From the NCBI GenBank assembly GCA_945870145.1, contig CAMBQV010000001.1:495-64494 (forward strand): a stretch of DNA of 64,000 nt, written 5' to 3'. The notes under the pieces were generated by a model. That model had not been told where the DNA came from. It searched no databases and was given only the letters and a program-made list of their open reading frames with translations. A program made the position numbers and the translations under genes. This document shows, piece after piece, positions 49,946-57,074 of this stretch. This DNA comes from Akkermansia muciniphila (GTDB lineage Bacteria > Verrucomicrobiota > Kiritimatiellia > RFP12 > UBA1067). Every line of letters begins with the position of its first letter. The stretch's first letter is position 1.

Positions 49946-52900
49946 TTATAAGAAACTGATCATCGTACCGACGGGCGAATACTTCAGGAGTAGCGCATTG
50001 CTGTTTGTCTCGACTTTGTAGTCCCCATGAGGACCCGCCAATGCGCTTTTGTCCACCACGAAACGGTCAGATGAGAAACCAATGATCCCGCCACTTGCCA
50101 CTGCCAGCGTCCATGTATAGCTCCGGCCTGAGGTAAAATTCGCCGGCTGGCCTGGCACGGCGCCATTTAGCGTCACCAGCTTGACGGTGCAGGTTGTGGC
50201 GGCGAAAAGATCCAGCACACCGTTGACGGTCATTGTGTCGTATCCCGTGCCTGCGGCACCTGTCGCATCATTCATCTCGCAGGTGAGTTTCCCTCCCGTG
50301 TTCCAAACCTGTCCGCCTGTCGTCAGCGTGCCGATGAGTGAACCGGGGGAGAGGGTTCCGCTGTTGGTCACGATCCCTGAAACCGTTCCGTTTCCGGTCA
50401 AGGTTCCCAAGGAGGTGATGAGCACGGAGCCGCTTCCCGTGGCGCTGCCTGCGGTATTGCTGACGCAAAGCATACCCCCACTGATCGTTGTCAGTCCTGA
50501 ATAGGTGTTGTTAGTGCCACTCAAGACAAGCGTGCCGGTGCCGACCTTGGTCAGCGCTAGCGTACCCGCGGTATTCTTGATCGCGCCGCCGAAGGTCGTG
50601 GTGTCGTTGTCGTTACCCACCGTCAGGGTGGCGACACCGGAGATCGTGTTATTCACCACGCTGCTGCCGGTGCCGCTGCTGGAAAGACCATTGATGGTTT
50701 CATTGTTTCCGGCAAGGTCGAAGGTCGCAGTATTGGGGCTGATGGGGTCGAAGGAGAGGTCGCCTTTTCCGGAACCGTCCGGAATGACGCCTGCCGCCCC
50801 GAGTTTCAACGTGCCACTAGCGATCCTGGTGCCTCCGGCGTAGGTGTTGGCGCCGCTTAGAACCTGGACAGATGCCCCAGCTCCCGCAATATACAACTCG
50901 CCTGGGCCGTTGATGGTTCCGCTGAAGATCGCCCCGCTGAAGTATGAGGGCATACTCAGCGACAGGCTGGAGCCTGAAGGCAGGTTACTCACGCTACCGG
51001 CTCCGCTGAGGTATCCAACCCCTTCGGCCTTGCTATTCAGGTCAAAGGTGCTGCCGACTGCGATGTCAACGCGCACGTAGTCGCTGATGCAGTGCTGATT
51101 CTGTGCCAGCTTGACGGTGCTGTTTCCTTTGACAAAAAGGGTCGCAGACCCGTTTCCATAGATACCTTCCATGAACTTGTTGTATCCCTCATACAAGAGA
51201 TTCAGGGTTCCGCCTCCGGTCACAATGACAGAGTAGTTCGGGTTCGCGACTGCCAGCTTTCGCGTAGTCAATGTCTGGCCGCTCGCAATGTTAATCGTCA
51301 GGTTGCCGGACGCGAGTTCCATGCGGTCGTCACCGCCCTCGGCCTGAGCGATCGTGGCGCTGGTATTGACAATAATGGACGGCCCCGTACCGCCAAAGGA
51401 GAGCGTATTGACCCCGGCCACCGCACTCTGGTCAATCGTGTAGTTTCCGGAACCCGGCGCGTTAAAAACGAGACCGTTGAGGGTGATGGTGCCGCTTTGG
51501 GTGATGCTTCCCGCTGCGCCGCTGTTAGCCCCGATAATTGCCACGTCCGTTATTGTGTTGCCCCAAGCACCGTATGTGGAGCCGTTGAGCCAGTTAGCGC
51601 CGCCTGAAGCGACCCAGGAACCAGCACCGTCATTCAACGGCGCCACGCCGTCTGCATCCCAGGTATACGCCTTCGGGCCGGTCTGGACTGTTAAGACCCC
51701 TGTGCCCTGAAAATACATATCGCTCTTGTTGTCGGCTGCGCTGGAGGTCGACCCCCAGGTGCCTGCTGCCTTCGGAACGCCATCGAGCATGAGCTGCTTT
51801 ACGGTCTGATTGATACTGCTGTCCAGATCCAATTTTCCGGGATAATCAATAGAGACTACTGTGGCCGGATTCAGGCTGGCTCCGGTGGCAAGCCGCAGCA
51901 CACCGTTATTGATCGTCGTTGCCCCGGCATATTGGCACAGACCCGAGAGCGTCTGCATGCCACTGCCCGTCTTCACAAGATTCATCACCGTGCTCAATGC
52001 GGCCGCATTCGTCACGATTGTTCCCGAAAACGTTCCGCTCCCATTGTCCACACCGACTGTAACTGTGACATTGTTCCACTGCTGCGCCTTGGTGATGATA
52101 CCACTTCCCGTAAGCGCATCGACATACACCGCATTCCCGTCCCGGAGATCGAACTTACCATCCACATTCATATCCGCGAGATTCTGCAAAAGCCTTATTT
52201 TTTGCCATTCCCCGTTGTAGAGTTCGCTGCCAGACTGAATGTCAATCACGCCGCCGGAACCGAGCGAGAGGTTAACAATGCCACCGTTACTACCTGCGAA
52301 CCGTCCGCCTGATATACGAAGCGTGCCGGAACCTGAAATTGTATGCGTGCCCGGCGGGGTCTGTCGATCACCTTCAAGATGTAACACCGACCCGGAGGCG
52401 ATCGAGTAGTTCAGAAACTTGTTGTTCCAATAATCCCACAAAAGACGTAGCGTCCCGCCTCCTGTAACAAAGGCGGTCGAATTCGCGTTGGCACCCTTCA
52501 TCCTTCGCGTGGTCAACGTCTGTCCACTGGCGATGTTCACCGTCAGTGTATCCCCAGCGAACGCAATGTTGTCGTCGTCTTCCCATTGATTCTGATCGAT
52601 CAAGGCGCTGCTATTGACTTCTATGGCCGGTGCCGTGCCGCCAAAGGAGAGCACATTGGCTCCTGGCGAGTACTGGCTAAGGGTGTAGCTACCGGATCCA
52701 GGGGCGTTGAACGTGAGTTTGTTGAGGATGTTGGTGCCGCTCTGCCAAATGGTGCCCCCAGCTCCGCTGCCCACCCCTATGATGGCTTTGTCCGCCGTGG
52801 TATTGCCCCAGGCGCCGTAGGTGGATCCGTTGAACCAGTTGGCACCGCCGGAGGAAACCCACGCGCCGCCACCGTCATTCAGGGGTGCCCCGCCGCTGGC

Positions 52901-52999
52901 ATCCCACGTGTAGTCTGTTGCCCGGATAGTCGAACTCACTGACAGAATAAAGAGTGAGCTAAGCGCCATACATTTCGTCTTTTGATTTCTTACGTTCAT
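49946..52999 (-). CDS. giant secreted autotransporter-associated beta-strand (PATR) repeat protein
   Basis: Internal duplication TDYTWDASGGAPLNDGGGAWVSSGGANWFNGSTYGAWGNTTADKAIIG / KAYTWDADGVAPLNDGAGSWVASGGANWLNGSTYGAWGNTITDVAIIG. Repeated GGGTLxL and GTLTL units. GGGAGGA RBS then ATG at 52999 (MNVRNQKTKCMALSSLFILS signal). The track ORF starts at 53149. Confidence 0.7.
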   Translation of the reverse strand: MNVRNQKTKCMALSSLFILSVSSTIRATDYTWDASGGAPLNDGGGAWVSSGGANWFNGSTYGAWGNTTADKAIIGVGSGAGGTIWQSGTNILNKLTFNAPGSGSYTLSQYSPGANVLSFGGTAPAIEVNSSALIDQNQWEDDDNIAFAGDTLTVNIASGQTLTTRRMKGANANSTAFVTGGGTLRLLWDYWNNKFLNYSIASGSVLHLEGDRQTPPGTHTISGSGTLRISGGRFAGSNGGIVNLSLGSGGVIDIQSGSELYNGEWQKIRLLQNLADMNVDGKFDLRDGNAVYVDALTGSGIITKAQQWNNVTVTVGVDNGSGTFSGTIVTNAAALSTVMNLVKTGSGMQTLSGLCQYAGATTINNGVLRLATGASLNPATVVSIDYPGKLDLDSSINQTVKQLMLDGVPKAAGTWGSTSSAADNKSDMYFQGTGVLTVQTGPKAYTWDADGVAPLNDGAGSWVASGGANWLNGSTYGAWGNTITDVAIIGANSGAAGSITQSGTITLNGLVFNAPGSGNYTIDQSAVAGVNTLSFGGTGPSIIVNTSATIAQAEGGDDRMELASGNLTINIASGQTLTTRKLAVANPNYSVIVTGGGTLNLLYEGYNKFMEGIYGNGSATLFVKGNSTVKLAQNQHCISDYVRVDIAVGSTFDLNSKAEGVGYLSGAGSVSNLPSGSSLSLSMPSYFSGAIFSGTINGPGELYIAGAGASVQVLSGANTYAGGTRIASGTLKLGAAGVIPDGSGKGDLSFDPISPNTATFDLAGNNETINGLSSSGTGSSVVNNTISGVATLTVGNDNDTTTFGGAIKNTAGTLALTKVGTGTLVLSGTNNTYSGLTTISGGMLCVSNTAGSATGSGSVLITSLGTLTGNGTVSGIVTNSGTLSPGSLIGTLTTGGQVWNTGGKLTCEMNDATGAAGTGYDTMTVNGVLDLFAATTCTVKLVTLNGAVPGQPANFTSGRSYTWTLAVASGGIIGFSSDRFVVDKSALAGPHGDYKVETNSNALLLKYSPVGTMISFL

Positions 53000-53103
53000 A
53001 ATCCTCCCTTTTTCGTTTCGGAATACCCGCTGCATTCTAGCCAGCATAAATAGCCCCATACGACTTTCTGTCAGTATCGCATAACCGTTCCTCTTTGAAT
53101 ACA

Positions 53104-53150
53104 GACAATTTGTGCAAATATCGGACAATTTGTGCAATTGGACGTGCAAA
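53104..53150. promoter_or_regulatory. direct repeats GACAATTTGTGCAA x2 (20-bp periodicity) plus partial third, in divergent promoter between PATR gene and XylR-like regulator
   Basis: 53104-53117 and 53124-53137 are identical 14-mers; GACGTGCAAA follows at 53141-53150. Direct-repeat half-sites are typical of AraC/XylR operators. Confidence 0.4.
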
Positions 53151-54310
53151 GTCTTCAGGGATCTGTTAGAGTAACCACCATCATAAAGAGGAAAACGTCT
53201 ATCCTGTTTCTACTCGCCTGGAATGATTATCGTATCTTTCAGGGGATCAGCCGTTATGCCCACCAGGCTGGGTGGCAGATGGATACGCGCCATTTTTTTC
53301 TGAATCTCTTTCCCAAAGATCGCACGTTCCAGGGCATGATCGCCATGTATCACAATGACCCTGCCGTCAGGGCTTACATCCGGGAGAAGGCGGAGCACGT
53401 GCCGACTGTGATCCTTGGGACCCAGAACCCCGGTGTCAAGGCACCTATGGTCATGCCGGATAATCGCGCGGCCGGTTGCTTGGCAGCTGACCATCTGTTT
53501 AATCTTTTCCATAAGCATTACGGATGGTTTGCCTGTGACTCCTGTCCGTCAGGCAAAGAGCGAAAGCTTGCCTTTGAGGGACGTCTTCGTGAACAAGGCT
53601 TCTCCTGTGTTGATCTTTCGTGTGGCAAAGCTCCTTTCAATGCAACAACGGTCATGCACAAACTGAAGCAGAGCCCTAAACCCTTAGGCGTGATGGCCCG
53701 TGATGACCATGACGCCGCCGTGCTGCTCGACCTCTGCCAGCGCGCCGGACTTTGCACGCCCGAAGAGGTCGCTGTGATCGGGGTGGGCGATCTAGAGTCG
53801 CTCTGCGCCTTCTCCCCCTTGCCGGTTTCCAGTATCAGCCTGAACATGGATGAGCTGGGCTTTCAATCTGCGGCGGTTCTCGATCAGCTTATGCGTGGCA
53901 AGCCTGTGCCTGATAAATCCGTCATCCCGCCAGGTCCGCTGACACAACGCCTCTCGACCGGATGTCTGGCTATCACCCATCCTGACCTGCGGGTCGCGGT
54001 CAACAAGATCGACAAGGAGTATAAAACACTCCTGACGATGGATGACCTTGCCCTAGCAGCCGGCATCTCCCGTCGCCAACTCTATCTGCTGTTCGAAAAC
54101 GAAATGCGCTGTTCGCCCTGTGATTATCTGCTAAACGTACGCCTGGAGTATGCCCGAAAACTTGTAACAGAAAACAAACTTCACTTAAATGAGATCGCGC
54201 AGGTGTGCGGGTTCAACACGCCGCGTACCCTCCACCGGGTCTTTCTTCAGCGCTTTGGGCTCTCTCCTTCCAAATGGGCAAAAAACTATGATCTTATCAC
54301 GCATACCTGA
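53132..54310 (+). CDS. XylR-like transcriptional regulator (periplasmic-binding-protein-like sugar-sensing domain plus AraC-type HTH)
   Basis: N-terminus KRKTSILFLLAWNDYRIFQGISRYAHQAGWQMD is collinear with E. coli XylR RITLLFNANKAYDRQVVEGVGEYL. C-terminus LAAGISRRQLYLLFENEM...LNEIAQVCGFNTPRTLHRVFLQRFGLSPSKW is an AraC HTH. The track start is a GTG inside the operator repeat; the true start is probably slightly downstream (for example GTG 53144). Confidence 0.75.
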   Translation: MQLDVQSLQGSVRVTTIIKRKTSILFLLAWNDYRIFQGISRYAHQAGWQMDTRHFFLNLFPKDRTFQGMIAMYHNDPAVRAYIREKAEHVPTVILGTQNPGVKAPMVMPDNRAAGCLAADHLFNLFHKHYGWFACDSCPSGKERKLAFEGRLREQGFSCVDLSCGKAPFNATTVMHKLKQSPKPLGVMARDDHDAAVLLDLCQRAGLCTPEEVAVIGVGDLESLCAFSPLPVSSISLNMDELGFQSAAVLDQLMRGKPVPDKSVIPPGPLTQRLSTGCLAITHPDLRVAVNKIDKEYKTLLTMDDLALAAGISRRQLYLLFENEMRCSPCDYLLNVRLEYARKLVTENKLHLNEIAQVCGFNTPRTLHRVFLQRFGLSPSKWAKNYDLITHT

Positions 54311-54560
54311 AAAAGTATTCGAAGTGGCTGGGGTCGTTATCGGTTTTATAGGGCCGATTCTGATCGCGCTCCAAATCCGTGTCGAGTGGCTCAGTCAGAC
54401 GCCCTCATCACTCTCTCCCGCCTATCTCGGAGGTTTTCTCTTGGTCTATTTCTTCTGGTTTCTCTATGGTGTCCGGTTCAACCGCTTTGCGGTCTGGTTC
54501 GGAAACCTTATGGGGATTATCTTACAAACGATCCTCTTAATCCTTGTGTTAGCACTCTGA
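54283..54560 (+). CDS. small 3-TM membrane protein, SemiSWEET/PQ-loop-like (tentative)
   Basis: MILSRIPEKVFEVAGVVIGFIGPILIALQIRVEWLSQTPSSLSPAYLGGFLLVYFFWFLYG... 92 aa; WFLYG matches the SemiSWEET WxxYG motif; ALQ sits in place of the PQ motif. Overlaps the 3' end of the xylR-like gene in another frame. Confidence 0.4.
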
Positions 54561-54610
54561 CTACCGCAACAATTCTAATTATGGCGTGGGATACGGATAC
54601 GCTATACCCA

Positions 54611-55294
54611 TTAATAACTGTCACCGCTGGTTACAGCGCCTTCGAGAATCGCACGGGCGGTCCGTACGCCGATCCCGAAGCGGCGGACACCTCGTTCGTA
54701 CATCGCGAGGAGCGTCTGGAGATCCTTCACGCCACCCGCTGCCTTGACCTGACAGCGGTCACCTACGGCCTGCTTCATCAGAGTCACATTCTCCAGTGTC
54801 GCACCTGTAGGTGCCCAGCCTGTACCGGTCTTCACCCAGGAGGCGCCTGCTTCGACACACCATTCGCAGGCCCGGACAATCTCGTCAGGCGTCAACCAGT
54901 GACACTCCAAAATGACCTTGACTGGCAGACCCCTGGAAGCTTGTATCACGGAGCGGACATCGTTCACGTAGGCACCTTTGTTATTGGCCTTGAGCCAGGC
55001 GATATTATTGACCATGTCAATTTCCCGACACCCCATGGACACAAGCTCCTTCGCGACGACCACCTTGGTCGCAGTGGTTTCTGCTCCGCCCGGAAATCCG
55101 ACTGCTCCTCCAGCAAAGACTGTACTCCCGCCCAATTTTGAAATCAGGTAGGGCGTATGTGCCGGAAGCGCGAAGACGCAGATACAACCATACTGCTTGG
55201 CCAGCTCAGCAGATTCTTTGATCTCTTCCATCGTACTATCCGCGCGCACCGCGCTGATATCCATCAGCTTCGCAATCTCATTCGTTGTCATCAT
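54611..55294 (-). CDS. deoC: deoxyribose-phosphate aldolase (DeoC/LacD family)
   Basis: LMDISAVRADSTMEEI..., ...VKTGTGW..., catalytic-Lys region VKAAGGVKDL; RBS GGGGAGA then ATGATG. The track ORF extends to 55336. Confidence 0.8.
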   Translation of the reverse strand: MMTTNEIAKLMDISAVRADSTMEEIKESAELAKQYGCICVFALPAHTPYLISKLGGSTVFAGGAVGFPGGAETTATKVVVAKELVSMGCREIDMVNNIAWLKANNKGAYVNDVRSVIQASRGLPVKVILECHWLTPDEIVRACEWCVEAGASWVKTGTGWAPTGATLENVTLMKQAVGDRCQVKAAGGVKDLQTLLAMYERGVRRFGIGVRTARAILEGAVTSGDSY

Positions 55295-55341
55295 CGTCTC
55301 CCCAACTAACGCACTAACGCAATAACGCACTAACACACTTC

Positions 55342-56076
55342 TTAAATCGCCGTATACCCGCCATCAATAATCAAATCACTCCCCGTCATATACCCAGAAG
55401 CATCGCTTGCCAAATAAATGAAGAGGCCTGTCAACTCATCTGGCTTTCCGAGACGGCCCAAGGGAATGCGCGGTTTCCAGATCGCATGATAGTCGGTGAG
55501 GGGTTCGACCAGTTCGGTCATGATATAACCGGGGCTGATGCTGTTGACGCGGATGTTACGGGTAGCCAACTCGATGGCCAACGCCTTCGTCAACATCAGC
55601 ACGGCCCCTTTGGAAACACAGTAGTGACCAATGTCCTGAGGCGTGTTGACCACATGTCCTGACATCGAGGCCGTGACAATGATGCTCCCGCCTGACTTCA
55701 TCTCTTTCGCACAGGTTCGTGCGACAAGGAAGACACCTGTCACATTCGTCTTTTGGACGCTTTCAAACTCCTCCACTGGCATATCGCAGAGTTTCGCCAG
55801 CGTGACAATGCCGGCATTACAAACGGCAACATCAATTCGACCCCACTTCTTCATGACCAAAGCGACCATGGAAGCAACCGAGGCTTCATTTGTCACATCA
55901 CACGATACAGCAAAGGCGGACTCACCCAACTCGTTTTCAGTGTCCGTCAGTTTCGTCGTGTCGCGCGCAACCAGCGCGACCTTGGCACCCATCTTGACAT
56001 ACGCCCGCGCCACAGCCTTGCCAATGCCACTGGTCGCGCCCGTCACAATCGCCACTTTATTCGTCAGTTCAAACAT
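55342..56076 (-). CDS. SDR family NAD(P)-dependent oxidoreductase
   Basis: VAIVTGATSGIGKAVA Rossmann motif; NAG; YxxxK (YCVSKGAVLMLTK). Confidence 0.85.
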   Translation of the reverse strand: MFELTNKVAIVTGATSGIGKAVARAYVKMGAKVALVARDTTKLTDTENELGESAFAVSCDVTNEASVASMVALVMKKWGRIDVAVCNAGIVTLAKLCDMPVEEFESVQKTNVTGVFLVARTCAKEMKSGGSIIVTASMSGHVVNTPQDIGHYCVSKGAVLMLTKALAIELATRNIRVNSISPGYIMTELVEPLTDYHAIWKPRIPLGRLGKPDELTGLFIYLASDASGYMTGSDLIIDGGYTAI

Positions 56077-56114
56077 AGTTCTCTCCTTAACCTATAACTT
56101 GGCTAAATTATCTC

Positions 56115-56275
56115 GCACAAAGCCACGAAGCCACAAAGAATATGAGACTGAAGCTTCATTTCTTAACTTTGTGGCCTTGAGTCTTTGTGCGATACAGTTA
56201 TTCATTCGTTTATTCCCGGGTCTTAACTGCCAACTGCTACTGCCGACTGCTACTGTGCCGCCCCCAGGCGGCACG
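56115..56275. repeat. intergenic hairpin with CCACAAAG-unit arms (56115-56139 and 56166-56190), then a GCAGT-family tandem repeat (56226-56256) and GC hairpin GTGCCGCC-CCCA-GGCGGCAC (56254-56275)
   Basis: cgcacaaagccacgaagccacaaag pairs with ctttgtggccttgagtctttgtgcg. ctgccaactgctactgccgactgctactg belongs to the same family as 1899-1933 and 5434-5479. Confidence 0.45.
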
Positions 56276-56276
56276 A

Positions 56277-57074
56277 TTACCCCTGATATCCAAAAATGCG
56301 TGAGATTTTCAAAGCCCCGTCCCGAATCTGTTCACCAATGCTTGGATACTGGCTCGGCGTGACACGATTATCCGGACCCGTCACCCAGATCGCCGCAATC
56401 GGAAACCCGTTACGGTCAAAAATCGGGGCCCCTAAGCAGTAAATGCCAGCGTACTCCTCGCCATGATCAATCGAATACCCTTTTTCGCGCACAGTCGTAA
56501 GCTCCTGCTGAAACGCCTTGAGCGAGGTGATCGTGTGATTGTTGTACTTCACAAACTTGATATTCTGAATTGTGCGATCCCGTTGATCCTCTGGCAGAAA
56601 TCCCAGCATTGCCTTGCCAGGCGCAGAGGCATGGAGACCGATCCGGTGTCCGGCAGTCAATGAAAACCGAAAGAGATGCGAGCCCAAGACGCTTTCGAGC
56701 ACAATGATTTCCATCGCATTCAGCACGCCCAAGGCGACTGTATCCTGCAAGGCATCACGTAGCTTACGCATGGTGGGCAACGCATTGCCCACCAGGTCAA
56801 TCTCCGAGATGGCCTTCTGACCCAACATCAGCAGCTTCATCGTATGACGAAAGGCTTTAGTCTGCGGATTGCGGATCAGATATCCCGCCTTTTCGAGGCT
56901 CAGCGTCATGCGAAACACACTGGCAGAGGGGCATTTCAACGCCTCCGCAATCTCATTTTGGGTCTTGCCTTCAGGATGTTCCGCAAGGTATTCCAAGATG
57001 GCCAAGCCCCGTTCGAGTCCGGGCACCGAATAGGTCGTATCAGATTTCTTTTTTTTACTGCTTGTCGCCGTCAT
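56277..57074 (-). CDS. IclR family transcriptional regulator
   Basis: LERGLAILEYLAEHPEGKTQNEIAEALKCPSASVFRMTLSLEKAGYL HTH plus C-terminal IclR effector domain. ATG at 57074 (MTATSSKKKK) overlaps the upstream gene end by 20 nt. The track ORF extends to 57194. Confidence 0.75.
   Translation of the reverse strand: MTATSSKKKKSDTTYSVPGLERGLAILEYLAEHPEGKTQNEIAEALKCPSASVFRMTLSLEKAGYLIRNPQTKAFRHTMKLLMLGQKAISEIDLVGNALPTMRKLRDALQDTVALGVLNAMEIIVLESVLGSHLFRFSLTAGHRIGLHASAPGKAMLGFLPEDQRDRTIQNIKFVKYNNHTITSLKAFQQELTTVREKGYSIDHGEEYAGIYCLGAPIFDRNGFPIAAIWVTGPDNRVTPSQYPSIGEQIRDGALKISRIFGYQG

Noticed and set aside
53132-53143. GTG start codon of XylR-like gene as given by ORF track
   Set aside because: The start would lie inside the direct-repeat operator, and homologous XylR N-termini align about 10 aa downstream. 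The true start is probably a later GTG or alternative codon, and the exact position remains unresolved.
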